DNA of 64,000 nt from Paracoccaceae bacterium (GTDB lineage: Bacteria; Pseudomonadota; Alphaproteobacteria; Rhodobacterales; Rhodobacteraceae): positions 17,451-81,450 of the forward strand of contig JAPOTI010000091.1 in assembly GCA_026709265.1 (NCBI GenBank), given 5' to 3'. The notes below the pieces were generated by a model. The model saw only the letters and a list, made by a program, of their open reading frames with translations, was not told the origin of the DNA and did not search any database. The position numbers and the translations under genes were made by a program. Below, piece after piece: positions 26,668 through 36,933 of this stretch (positions are counted from its first letter, which is position 1; each line of letters starts with the position of its first letter).

Positions 26668-27782
26668 GTCTCCCAACCCCTTGCCATGATTTCAGATAAA
26701 CGCAAGCCATTTGCCGAGTCTGTTGAAATTTGAGAGAGTTTTCTTGTCTTGGTGGCACCGGATGGTTCACGAATCAGGTGCATTCCGTATTCTGCCCCCA
26801 AGAAATCAATCAATTCAGGATGATGGGTACAAATGACTGTTTGTGGAATCAGCCCTCCACAACGGTCATCCAACTCCATCAGCCAAGGTTGGATTTCGGC
26901 CAATGCAACGTAGTTTTCTGGTTCGTCCAGAAACAGGGAGTATCCGAGTCCAGCGGACAGATGAGTCAGCGCATACAGCGCAACCAGAGCTTTCTGTCCG
27001 TCCGAGATCTCCTGCAATGGAAGTTCATAGTGACGACCAGAACCGTTAAATCCAACCATCAATGCACGTCGATTCAAACCGGTCTTCCGGAGGCGGATTT
27101 GATCAAGACCATCAATGACCTCGATCATCGTTTTTCTGAAATCCTCGACCTTGCCTGGATCCTCGAGTTGAACATGCTGATACCACGAGCTGAAATTGCC
27201 CGCGTCCCTGTCGAGCATGAGTTCAGAACACGTCGTCTCACTCTCAAAGCTGGCCGGGTACAGACCACAGACGAGTATTTTTCTGACCGAGTCGAGAAAT
27301 CCAGACATGCGTCGATTATCGTGTCGTGCCGGGACGCGCGCCAAAGCTGATTCCAGCCAGTCCGCAGAATAAGTCGGTCCCTCTGTGTTGTCGTCGCGAA
27401 AAAGCCTGACCTCACCCATTTGAAATTGAAAGAGCGGATTTCCTCTGCTATCTGTTAATGACTCATTCGCGATACGAATCAGGTTCTGTTGCTGGTCATG
27501 TTCAACTTCGAGGCGGTAGCATAATTCATCTCCATTGATGTCGGCGTGGAGCTCGATGGTCTGAACATCAACATGTTGCCAAGCCGTTTTGCTGCTTACG
27601 GGAAACATCATGGGATCTGTGATCTTTGCCCGACCACTGAGCAACTCACGAAGAGCATACATGACATCGAGAACTGAAGTCTTGCCGGAACCATTAAGCC
27701 CGGTCAGACATGTCAATTCCTGCATATCCAGAGTAAAATTGACAAAGCACTTGTAGTTGTCAATGTAGAGACGCTTGAACAT
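26664..27782 (-). CDS. ABC-type AAA ATPase (AAA_21/AAA_15, OLD/RloA/AriA-like class)
   Basis: Walker A GLNGSGKTS at residues ~29-37, signature-like SDGQKALVAL, Walker B/D-loop SLFLDEPENYV, H-loop ICTHHPE. GAGGAG RBS lies before the ATG at 27782; the track start at 27875 is rejected. Confidence 0.8.
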   Translation of the reverse strand: MFKRLYIDNYKCFVNFTLDMQELTCLTGLNGSGKTSVLDVMYALRELLSGRAKITDPMMFPVSSKTAWQHVDVQTIELHADINGDELCYRLEVEHDQQQNLIRIANESLTDSRGNPLFQFQMGEVRLFRDDNTEGPTYSADWLESALARVPARHDNRRMSGFLDSVRKILVCGLYPASFESETTCSELMLDRDAGNFSSWYQHVQLEDPGKVEDFRKTMIEVIDGLDQIRLRKTGLNRRALMVGFNGSGRHYELPLQEISDGQKALVALYALTHLSAGLGYSLFLDEPENYVALAEIQPWLMELDDRCGGLIPQTVICTHHPELIDFLGAEYGMHLIREPSGATKTRKLSQISTDSANGLRLSEIMARGWET

Positions 27783-28123
27783 TGTCTTCTCCTCTGCTGG
27801 CCCTGATTGTCGTGCACGACACCGTCTTTCCGATTGGAGACATAACAAGATTTGTGTTGAAAAACACGGTGGCAATTAGGCTTCAATTCCGCGTGATGAT
27901 GTCGTCGCAGAAAGGTGGCCGAGAGACATCTGTGTCGCACGCCTCATGATGTGACGTCCGGATTGATCCTGGGACCGGTGCCGCCCGGTCGGGGTCATCA
28001 ATCCGTCCTTATGGCTGGATCGTTATACAAATTGCGGCCATCATCACCTTCTGCCTGCACCGGTGTCGCACAGGGCAGGATTGACTCTGGCAGTGAATGG
28101 ATAATCTGGTTGAGGGCCTTGTG

Positions 28124-29365
28124 CTAATTCAGGTTGCGCCTGTTTTGCTGGTCAACAAATTCGAGAACCAATGGCCTGATATTGCGATGCCAGACCTTGC
28201 CGGCGAAGATCCCATAGTGACCGGCTTCCGGCTCAATATGTGATGCCTTGAGTGAATCGGGCAAACCGGTCAGGAGTTTCAGTGCAGCGGAACACTGACC
28301 CGGCGCGGAAATATCGTCTTTGCCGCCTTCGACGGTTTTCACTGCAGTCCGATTGATTCGACCCAGGTCAATCCGGTGCCCACCGAGTGTGAAGCGATTC
28401 TGGGCAAGTTCCAACTTCTTGAACAGTCGCTCCACCGTGGAAAGATAGAATTCTGCAGTCAGATCCATAACCGCAAGATACTCGTCATAGAACCGGTTGT
28501 GACGATCATGCTCGCGTGCCTGGCGCTTTGCGGCACGGATGATCTGCTGTGAAAAGGCTTTGGAATGCGTCGCCAGATTCATGGAAATGAAAGATGCGAG
28601 CTGCAATGTGCCCGGATAGACAAGGCGTCCGGCACCGGCATGGTTAACCCCGACATGCTGAACGAACAGATGTTCGAGCTGTCCCATCGTCACCCGCCGC
28701 CCAAAGTCGGTGACCTCGGTTGGCGCCACATCGGGGCATACGGGGCCACCGATCAGTATCAATGAACGCGGCTGCGAATCGGGCGCAACCTCGGCGAGGT
28801 AAGCTGTCGCCGCGAGAGCCAGAGGTGCGGGTTGGCAAACAGCAATCACATGCAGATCAGCGCCCAAAAGGCGGATAAAATCCGCGATATAACGAGTGAA
28901 ATCTTCAATATCAAATTTTCCAATGGACACCGGAATATCACGTGCATTCTTCCACTCAGTCACAAAAACGTCACAGTCAGGCAGCAGACTGTTCACGGTT
29001 CGACGCAGCAAGGTCGGGTGATGTCCCGACATGGGAGCAATGAGCAGAATCTTTTTGTCGCGTTGCCGTCGCCCGCGGACATTGAAAGCGGTCAGGTCGC
29101 AAAAGGGTTTGGAATCGCGGCATTCAACATTCACAAAATACTCTTTGCCGCCGGTACTTGTCATGTCGATGCCCCAGTCAGGCTTTTGATCCATTCGGCT
29201 GAAAGCGCGTTCAGTCACCTGCCCCCAGGCTGCCAAACTGGCGGGCATGGGATGGGGAAAGAGTCCGAATGCCGGGGACGACCAGAAGGTCCTGGCCGCG
29301 GCACCACAGAGTTCGCCGGAGAGCCGCGCAGACTCGAACGCGTCATAAGTGGGCAAACCTCTCAT
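28124..29365 (-). CDS. phaZ: Intracellular polyhydroxyalkanoate depolymerase
   Basis: Size, N-terminal region and adjacency to phaC. AGGAG lies 5 nt before the ATG at 29365. Confidence 0.75.
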   Translation of the reverse strand: MRGLPTYDAFESARLSGELCGAAARTFWSSPAFGLFPHPMPASLAAWGQVTERAFSRMDQKPDWGIDMTSTGGKEYFVNVECRDSKPFCDLTAFNVRGRRQRDKKILLIAPMSGHHPTLLRRTVNSLLPDCDVFVTEWKNARDIPVSIGKFDIEDFTRYIADFIRLLGADLHVIAVCQPAPLALAATAYLAEVAPDSQPRSLILIGGPVCPDVAPTEVTDFGRRVTMGQLEHLFVQHVGVNHAGAGRLVYPGTLQLASFISMNLATHSKAFSQQIIRAAKRQAREHDRHNRFYDEYLAVMDLTAEFYLSTVERLFKKLELAQNRFTLGGHRIDLGRINRTAVKTVEGGKDDISAPGQCSAALKLLTGLPDSLKASHIEPEAGHYGIFAGKVWHRNIRPLVLEFVDQQNRRNLN

Positions 29366-29471
29366 TTTGACTCCTGAAATCACTAACGTTTATATCGGGA
29401 CCAGTGGCGACCCAAACGGTCGATATCTAATGGTTAATGCCGAAATGGTCTACATAGGAAACGGGTGAATC

Positions 29472-31247
29472 GTGGCAGAATATCAGGAAGCCGAAGCAGG
29501 TGACCGGCTGAACGCAAATCTTGAAAGGCTGGATCAGTTGAATCGGCGCTTTCTCAACGTGCTTGCAAAGCGTAAACCGCCAAATCCAGCGATGCTGGGG
29601 CCGGGTGCCGAATTCTATAGTGAAGCTATGGCTGCCTTCATGCACGAATCGGCAAGTCATCCGGCAAAGATATTTGAGCAGCAGGTGAGTTATTGGGGCG
29701 AGTCACTGCAAAACTGGATGAACCTGTCCGCGTCAATCAACGATGATGAGAAGGATGAGAGCGCAAAGAAGAGCGACAGTCGTTTTCGCAGTGAAGAATG
29801 GCAGGACAGTCCCTTCTTCAAGTTGGTCAGGGAACAGTATCTGACCAATGCCAAGGCCGTGCAGCGTGCTGTTGCGGATATGGAAGGGGTCAATGAGCGG
29901 CAACGGCAGCGTCTCGAGTTTTTCTCCCGGCAAATCGTTGACATGATGAGTCCTGCAAATTTTCTTGTGACCAACCCGGAAGCCCTGCAACGGGCAGCCG
30001 ACACCGAAGGGGAGTCACTGGTGCGCGGGTTGGAGAATCTCGTGCGCGATCTGGAGCGCAACGATGGCGAATTGCTGGTAACCCTCGCCGATACCGATGC
30101 CTTCACTGTCGGGGAAAACCTGGCGACGAGCGAAGGCGAGGTGGTCTGTCAATCCCCGTTATTTGAACTGATACAATATGCCCCGCGCACCGAAAAAGCG
30201 CATCGTATCCCGTTGCTCATCGTGCCGCCCTGGATCAACAAATACTATATTCTCGATCTGAAGCCGGACAACAGTTTTATCCGCTGGACGGTAGAACAGG
30301 GATTCACTGTCTTTGTCATCAGCTGGGTCAATCCAAGCGCCGCGCACCGCGAGGTGGGTATGGACGATTATGCCGCGGAGGGATGTATCAAGGCCATCAA
30401 TGAGGTCAAGCGCATCACCGGTGAGAAACAGATCAACACCATAGGATACTGTATCGGCGGAACCTTGTTGGCCCTTGTGCTCGCTTATATGGCAAAAACC
30501 GGAGACAAATCCGTTCGCGCGGCGACGTTCTTCACGACGCTGACAGACTTTTCAGAACTTGGTGAACTGGGTGTCTTTATCGATGAGGACTTCTTGCGCG
30601 CCATAGAAAGTGAGGTCGCTGAAAAGGGGTATCTGCCGTATATCCACATGTCGCGGACATTTTCTTTCATGCGGGCGGGTGATCTCGTTTATGGCCCGGC
30701 GGTCCGCTCGTACCTGCTGGGAGAAACGCCGCCCGCCTTCGATCTCCTCTACTGGAACGGTGATTCCACCAATCTTCCGGCCAAGATGACGATCGACTAC
30801 CTGCGTCGTCTCTGTCAGGACAACCAGTTTGGCCGTGACGGATTTGAACTGCTCGGTGAAACGGTGAAACTTTCGGATGTCAGGCATCCATTGATCGCTG
30901 TTGCCTGTGAGAAGGACCATATTGCCAATTGGCCGGGTTCGTATCGGGGCATTGCTGCAATGGGTAGCCGGGACAAGTCATTCCTGCTGTCGGAATCGGG
31001 GCATATTGCCGGAATTATCAATCCGCCGACGCGTAATCGTTATGGTCATTACATGTCCGGTTCCATTCCCAAATCCGCTTCCGAATGGCGGGAAAAGGCT
31101 GAATTCCATGAGGGTTCATGGTGGGGTGTCTGGCGGGGTTGGGTGTCCCGGCGTTCCGGAGCCATGATTGATGCGCGTCGTCCGGGAGAGAATGGTGTGA
31201 CGACATTCGGGCCCGCTCCCGGACAATATGTCCATACCTCCGGTTAA
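29472..31247 (+). CDS. phaC: Class I poly(R)-hydroxyalkanoate synthase
   Basis: 591 aa. Lipase-box GYCIGG with catalytic Cys. Conserved PPWINKYYILDL block. Confidence 0.9.
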   Translation: MAEYQEAEAGDRLNANLERLDQLNRRFLNVLAKRKPPNPAMLGPGAEFYSEAMAAFMHESASHPAKIFEQQVSYWGESLQNWMNLSASINDDEKDESAKKSDSRFRSEEWQDSPFFKLVREQYLTNAKAVQRAVADMEGVNERQRQRLEFFSRQIVDMMSPANFLVTNPEALQRAADTEGESLVRGLENLVRDLERNDGELLVTLADTDAFTVGENLATSEGEVVCQSPLFELIQYAPRTEKAHRIPLLIVPPWINKYYILDLKPDNSFIRWTVEQGFTVFVISWVNPSAAHREVGMDDYAAEGCIKAINEVKRITGEKQINTIGYCIGGTLLALVLAYMAKTGDKSVRAATFFTTLTDFSELGELGVFIDEDFLRAIESEVAEKGYLPYIHMSRTFSFMRAGDLVYGPAVRSYLLGETPPAFDLLYWNGDSTNLPAKMTIDYLRRLCQDNQFGRDGFELLGETVKLSDVRHPLIAVACEKDHIANWPGSYRGIAAMGSRDKSFLLSESGHIAGIINPPTRNRYGHYMSGSIPKSASEWREKAEFHEGSWWGVWRGWVSRRSGAMIDARRPGENGVTTFGPAPGQYVHTSG

Positions 31248-31397
31248 GTCCCGGGAGCGCGGTTGACGAAAAGGTGATGAACACGGCTTGGCGCGCGGCA
31301 ACCATCGGGAGACGCCATTCGGGCACGAACAATCATCCTGATCTCGAGGCAAGCCTTGCCCTGCACAACGTATCGGCTTAGGGGGTGCACATTGGAG

Positions 31398-31472
31398 GCC
31401 GCAGTAGCTCAGTGGTAGAGCGCACCCTTGGTAAGGGTGAGGTCGGGAGTTCAATCCTCCCCTGCGGCACCA
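31398..31472 (+). tRNA. tRNA-Thr (anticodon GGT)
   Basis: Hand-folded cloverleaf: acceptor GCCGCAG/CTGCGGC, D arm GCTC-AGTGGTA-GAGC, anticodon arm CACCC-TTGGTAA-GGGTG, T arm GGGAG-TTCAATC-CTCCC, encoded CCA. Confidence 0.9.
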
Positions 31473-31488
31473 TTTGTCTGGGCGGGAT

Positions 31489-33408
31489 TCAACGCGATTC
31501 TGCCCGGGTCTCATCGCTCCAGCGCCAGTTGACATTAAAGGCGCCAAGTATCGCTGACAATTTTTTGTCGTCTTTATGGTGGTTGTACGGGATGATCGCT
31601 TCAAGGCCGGTTGTCGGGTTTTCCACGATCTCTTGAACCCTGACCGCCAGACCCTCTGTCTCAAATCGCGAATTGAGGACGCGGGCTATTGCCAGTTTTC
31701 GGAGATCGGGTTTGAATATCTTGCCGACAGCGGTTTTGGGCAACTCGTCCAGGATCTCAATATGGGCAGGGCGGGCCAGTCGATTGCCAATATTTTTCGC
31801 GGCAAAGGACTGGAGTTCGGATATTGTGCAGGACCTGTCGGCAACCAGTTCGACATAAGCACAAGGCAACTCACCGAGATCGGCATCGGGCTGACCAACA
31901 GCTCCGGCAAATGCGACCGACTCGTGACCGAGCAAGGCATCTTCAATCCATGCCGGATCAACATTCTGACCACCCCGGATGATCAGGTCTTTGGTGCGTC
32001 CGGTAATCCAGACATAACCGTCTTTGTCGATTTTGCCGAGATCTCCCGTTCGCAGCCATGTGTCGTCCATGAACAAACCTGCATTGCGTTGGTCTTCCAC
32101 GTATGTTTTCCCCGCAAGTACGCCGGGACTGGCAATACAGATTTCACCGATCTGATCGGTTTTACATGTCCCGATGACATCTCCACTTGTGGTACATTCC
32201 ACAATACGGACATGCGTATATGGGATCGGAAGGCCGACAGAACCGACCTTGCGAACCCCATGCAAGGGGTTGACGGAGACAAGACAGGTGGCTTCGGTCA
32301 GGCCGTACCCCTCAATAATCCTGATCCCCAGAGTCTCTTCAAAGCGTCGGCAGAGTTCCAGTGGCATCGGTGCGGAGCCACAGATCGCTGTCTTGAGCGA
32401 TGAGACATCGGCATTCACTGTTCGCTGCATCAACGCCGCAGCGGCTGTCGGCACCATCAGGATATAGGAGACCTTCCAGCGTTCAACGAGTTTCCAAAAA
32501 TTGTCAAAAACGCCTTCACCCCGGTATCCGGCTGGCGTTGGAAAGATGAGGTGACAACCTTTGGAAATCGCTGAAAATAGAGCCGGATAAGCGGCAAAGA
32601 CATGGAAGAGTGGCAATGGGCAAAGAACAACTTCGTCGGATTCAAGGCCAACAGTGGTGCTTGCCCAACCATTGTAAATGATTCCTGAACAGGTATGGCG
32701 GGCGAGTTTCGGGATGCCGGTGGTACCTCCGGTGTGAAACAGTGCGGCGACACGATCTCCCGGTGAATCGTCGAAGTTCAGACGCGCGCCTGACTGTGCT
32801 GCACAAAGGGCGTTGAAATCTGAAACATGGGCAGAATGGGGCGTGGTCGTCCCCGGGCGCAGCAGCGGAGCCAACCAGGATTTCGGGGGTGAAAGATAAC
32901 GACAGAGATCCACTTCGAGAATATGCTGAACAGTTGGTGCCATGGAGACCGCTTGCGCTGCGAGCTGGGCAATATTGGTCTTGGGAAATGACTTGAGCGT
33001 GACCATGATCCTGGCCTTGGAAGCGTTCAGGATCCCCGCAATCTGTTCCGCATCCAGCAAGGGGTTGATCGGGCTGACGATGCCCGCAACGGCGGCGCCC
33101 AGCAAGGCCGTGACAGTTTCGGTGCTGTTGGGCAGGAGCAGGGCAACAACGTCACCCTCTTCAATTCCCAGTGCGTGAAATACATTCGCGGCCTGAGTCA
33201 CCTTGCGATGAAGTTCCGCCCAGGTGAGGGTTTCCGCTTTTGATCGCGGATCGGACATGATCTGAAAAGTGACGGCCGGACGGGACGGAGTCTCGTCCTT
33301 GCGTTGCGAAAGAAATCCAAACACTGTCACCGGGAGGCCGCGCTCTTCCCAGCGTACCGATTCCTCGACCCGGACCTTGTCGTCAAGGGTCCTGACAATG
33401 TCCATCAT
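31489..33408 (-). CDS. AMP-forming acyl-CoA synthetase
   Basis: AMP-binding motifs FHTGGTTGIPK, GYGLTE, WLRTGDLG. Start set at MMDIVRTLDD (33408). Confidence 0.8.
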   Translation of the reverse strand: MMDIVRTLDDKVRVEESVRWEERGLPVTVFGFLSQRKDETPSRPAVTFQIMSDPRSKAETLTWAELHRKVTQAANVFHALGIEEGDVVALLLPNSTETVTALLGAAVAGIVSPINPLLDAEQIAGILNASKARIMVTLKSFPKTNIAQLAAQAVSMAPTVQHILEVDLCRYLSPPKSWLAPLLRPGTTTPHSAHVSDFNALCAAQSGARLNFDDSPGDRVAALFHTGGTTGIPKLARHTCSGIIYNGWASTTVGLESDEVVLCPLPLFHVFAAYPALFSAISKGCHLIFPTPAGYRGEGVFDNFWKLVERWKVSYILMVPTAAAALMQRTVNADVSSLKTAICGSAPMPLELCRRFEETLGIRIIEGYGLTEATCLVSVNPLHGVRKVGSVGLPIPYTHVRIVECTTSGDVIGTCKTDQIGEICIASPGVLAGKTYVEDQRNAGLFMDDTWLRTGDLGKIDKDGYVWITGRTKDLIIRGGQNVDPAWIEDALLGHESVAFAGAVGQPDADLGELPCAYVELVADRSCTISELQSFAAKNIGNRLARPAHIEILDELPKTAVGKIFKPDLRKLAIARVLNSRFETEGLAVRVQEIVENPTTGLEAIIPYNHHKDDKKLSAILGAFNVNWRWSDETRAESR

Positions 33409-33468
33409 GCACGGCACCTCTAAATCGCTGTCTCTTGATGCCACGTGTCTCTCAGGTTGGCAAACGAA

Positions 33469-33566
33469 AGGGCTTATCAAGATAAATTGACATACCGCAT
33501 TATGTTGCGCCAGTCTTTCAATTAAAACGCATCATGTTGTATTCTGTCAACGGGTTATTAAGCCCT
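33469..33566 (+). mobile_element. 98 bp MITE, copy 1
   Basis: Termini AGGGCTTATCAAG... and ...TTATTAAGCCCT, flanked by a perfect 8 bp direct repeat CAAACGAA (33461-33468 and 33567-33574). The core is nearly identical to copy 3. Confidence 0.85.
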
Positions 33567-33922
33567 CAAACGAATCAGGCAATGACACACAATGCGCATG
33601 TCGGGGAAACAATCAGGGTGCGATGACGACCATATCATGCCCGGTCTGAGGCGTGACGTCGCGGTGCCTGCGCGCCGATCCTCTCGCGAAAAATATACGA
33701 TACGGACCGTATGGCGAAGTCGAGGCCGGGGACGTGCCAGCGCATCTTGCCGATGAGTCCTCACTGTGGAGGGAGGTGTAAAGGTTCCGTGGCCACGTTG
33801 TTCAAATTGATATTCCGAGGTTATGTCAACGATGGAACCGGCGCGTTGGTATCATGCCCACACCGCAGAGAACACGGCAAGATGTTCGACTGAGTTGTCC
33901 GTATGCACACGGGATTTCCTAT

Positions 33923-34729
33923 TCAGATGATGTCCACATGAAGCGCGCCCATCGGCCCGAAATCTGCGTCCACGACACTGCCTGCCTTGACCGGCATCAG
34001 GCGCGTGCATGAGCCCGTCAGGATGATGTGACCGGCCTCAATGGATCCTTCTCGACCATTTGATTCGGCCAGCCGATTCGCCAGCCAGGCGACGGATGCG
34101 GCGGGATTCCCACCCACACTGCTGGTATTGCTTGTTTCGGTGTCACCGTCGACCGTCATGCTGACCGGGATGTCTGTCAGATCGAATTCATCGGGTGCAA
34201 AGGATGAATCGCTCAGCATCATGCGGCCAAAGAGCACGTTATCGGCCACCATGTCGGCAGCCTTGGCCCTGCGCAAGTCGATCCGTGAGCCGACAATTTC
34301 AATGGCCGGGTGAATTCGTTCCGTCGCCTCCATGACATCGGCGATGCCGATTCCGGGGCCCTCCAGTTCGCGCCCCATCACGAATGCCACCTCCGGTTCG
34401 ACATGGGGCCCGGACAGACTCGCGGCCTCAATCGGCACCCCGGGCTTGATCACAAACTCGGAAAACAAATAGCCGAATTCCGGCTGGAAGATTCCTGTTG
34501 CCTCCTGCATACCCGGCGACATGAACGCCAGTTTGAATCCGGCTGGTTGACCGGCATAACGCGCCAGCAGATTGGCCATGCGTCGACGAATCTCGACGGC
34601 CGCTGCATAGTCGATCCCATAGGTTTCACTGATCGGCGCCAGGGTCGTCTTCTGCTTGACCGCATCATGCAGTTGCAAGGCAATGTCATCAAGGATGATT
34701 TCCGAAAACCGTTTTTGTGATGAATTCAT
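33923..34729 (-). CDS. 2-keto-4-pentenoate hydratase (MhpD/HpcG) family protein
   Basis: Family-like blocks GFKLAF, EPEVAFVMGREL, IHPAIEIVGSRI, AGHIILTGS. Confidence 0.65.
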   Translation of the reverse strand: MNSSQKRFSEIILDDIALQLHDAVKQKTTLAPISETYGIDYAAAVEIRRRMANLLARYAGQPAGFKLAFMSPGMQEATGIFQPEFGYLFSEFVIKPGVPIEAASLSGPHVEPEVAFVMGRELEGPGIGIADVMEATERIHPAIEIVGSRIDLRRAKAADMVADNVLFGRMMLSDSSFAPDEFDLTDIPVSMTVDGDTETSNTSSVGGNPAASVAWLANRLAESNGREGSIEAGHIILTGSCTRLMPVKAGSVVDADFGPMGALHVDII

Positions 34730-35084
34730 GTGACTATGATCCTTTGCCGTCCCTTCTGGCCTTCACCCAATACTACTGTTACCGACTTAAATCCACAGTT
34801 TCAGATCCGACTGACGGTCCGGGAGTCGGGTTCGATCGTTTCTTGCTCATTGGCAGGACAACCGGCTTTTCGTATGGCGGCTGCTCTGGTCGATAGCGCG
34901 GATATCTGGCCATCAAACGGTGTCGTCAGGTCCGATGACCGCATTGGCGACGCTTCGCGGATTCCCAGGGGCTCCGCCACCGGAGCGACGGGTCTTGATG
35001 TCCCGGCCAACCAGTTCAGATTGCAGGGTACCGATGTCGATTGACGACGGGCCTCTAGCTGCGCCTTTTGCATTGATGACGCAT

Positions 35085-36920
35085 TCAATTGCTCACGAAC
35101 TGTAATTCAGCGAGGCGGGTATAGAGCCCACCTTGGCTGATCAGTTCGTCATGATTTCCCTGTGCGATGATTCGCCCGCCATCGAAGACCAGGATTCTGT
35201 CGGCCTTTCTGACCGTGGACAGGCGATGTGCGACAATCAGTGTGGTGCGCGAATGCGACATCACCTCAATGGCGGACTGAATTGCCTTTTCACTTTCAGA
35301 GTCGAGGGCCGATGTGGCTTCGTCAAGGAGGAGGAGTGGCGCAGAGCGCAAAATGGCACGGGCAATCGCGAGACGTTGTTTTTGTCCACCGGAAAGCATG
35401 ACACCACGCTCACCGACAAAACAATCATATCCGTCAGGGAGTGATTGCAGGAATTCGTGGATTTCGGCGAATTGTGCGGCTTCTTCAATCTGATCATCGG
35501 AAGCCCCCGATTTTCCGAAACTGATATTCTCGCGCGCGGTGGCGGCGAAGATGGCCGGATCCTGTGGGACAAGCGCGATTCTTTGCCGAAATTCGGCGCG
35601 CTGCATGTCCCTGATGTCAATTCCGTCGATTGCGATATGTCCCGATTGCGGATCAAAGAACCGCAGCAGCATTTGAAAGATTGTTGATTTTCCGGCGCCG
35701 GAAGGGCCAACGATGGCAACTGTTTCACCGCAATCGACGGTGAACGAGACATTTTTCAGTGCACTGACTTCCGGGCGCATGGGATAATGGAAGGTCACAT
35801 TTTCTAATCGTACAGAAGACGCCGTGCGGATCGGTGCAGGGACGCAGTCAATCGGATCTGAGAGTGTGTCATCGGTTTCCAGAATGTCGACCATCCGCTC
35901 AGTCGCACCTGCGGCACGAACCAATTCACCCCAGACCTCCGACAGGGCGGCAACGGATCCGGCGACCATCACCGAAAAGATCACGAATTGCGTGAGCTCA
36001 CCCGGTGACATCACCCCCGACTGAACCTTCAGGGTGCCATTCCAGACAACCGCCACCACGCCGCAAAAGGCCAACAGGATAATGACGATTGTCATCATGG
36101 CACGAATGCGAATTCGCTTGTGGGCTGACTGTATCGATCGATCGACGATTTCATCGAATTGCGCGCGACTGGAATCTTCGTGGGTATTGGCCTGTACAGT
36201 CTGCAACGAGAGCAGGATTTCTGATGCCCGCGCCGAACTTTCGGCAATACGATCCTGATTCTCGCGGCTGACATTTCGCAGTTTTCTTGCCAGTGCCAAA
36301 GTTGGAAAAACGACGACCGGCACCACGAGCAACGCGAGGACAGTCAGGCCAAAGCTGGTATACATCATCAATGCAAGACCACCGGCAAGGATGAGCAGGT
36401 TGCGCAAGGCGACAGAAACTGTCGAACAGACCACAGTCAGCACCAGCGTGGTGTCGGTATTGATGCGAGACAGGACGTCGCCAGTCATTACTTTTTCATA
36501 ATAGGCCGGGCTGAGAGAAATGGCCTTGGCAAAGACGGCGCGGCGAATATCGCCGATCACATCTTCCCCGGTCATCGTCACAAGGGCGTAACGCAATCCG
36601 CTACCCAGCGCGAGCAAGGCGGCAACGGCCATTGCCGCCCAGAATAATGGTGCGGAACCTGTTTCAGATATGGTTTCGAAATCGTCGACAAACGTGCCGA
36701 CAAAAAACGGCATCGCCAGTGACAAGGCTGCCGTTGACACAAGAGCCAGACCTGCCGCAGCGATCCGGCGGCGGTAGGGTTTGAGGAAGGGCAACAGGCC
36801 GCGCAAATGCGCGACGGACCGTGTTTTGGATATTTTACGAGAGCTGACCCTCGCATCGTCGTGAGACATTCGATTTGCCGCGAGCGCGTGTTCGGCCATC
36901 ATCTCTCTCGACGGTGTCAT
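35085..36920 (-). CDS. ABC exporter, fused permease/ATPase (MsbA/ABCB-like)
   Basis: Six-helix N-terminal domain, Walker A GPSGAGKST, signature LSGGQKQRLAIARA, Walker B LLLLDEATSALD. Confidence 0.85.
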   Translation of the reverse strand: MTPSREMMAEHALAANRMSHDDARVSSRKISKTRSVAHLRGLLPFLKPYRRRIAAAGLALVSTAALSLAMPFFVGTFVDDFETISETGSAPLFWAAMAVAALLALGSGLRYALVTMTGEDVIGDIRRAVFAKAISLSPAYYEKVMTGDVLSRINTDTTLVLTVVCSTVSVALRNLLILAGGLALMMYTSFGLTVLALLVVPVVVFPTLALARKLRNVSRENQDRIAESSARASEILLSLQTVQANTHEDSSRAQFDEIVDRSIQSAHKRIRIRAMMTIVIILLAFCGVVAVVWNGTLKVQSGVMSPGELTQFVIFSVMVAGSVAALSEVWGELVRAAGATERMVDILETDDTLSDPIDCVPAPIRTASSVRLENVTFHYPMRPEVSALKNVSFTVDCGETVAIVGPSGAGKSTIFQMLLRFFDPQSGHIAIDGIDIRDMQRAEFRQRIALVPQDPAIFAATARENISFGKSGASDDQIEEAAQFAEIHEFLQSLPDGYDCFVGERGVMLSGGQKQRLAIARAILRSAPLLLLDEATSALDSESEKAIQSAIEVMSHSRTTLIVAHRLSTVRKADRILVFDGGRIIAQGNHDELISQGGLYTRLAELQFVSN

Positions 36921-36933
36921 TCATTCGAAGAAT

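Noticed and set aside
31247-31489. tRNA-Thr as an integration site for a genomic island (and likewise tRNA-Gly at 36934 and tRNA-Phe at 57229)
   Set aside because: There is no integrase, no direct repeat of the tRNA 3' end, and no compositional break next to any of the three tRNAs.
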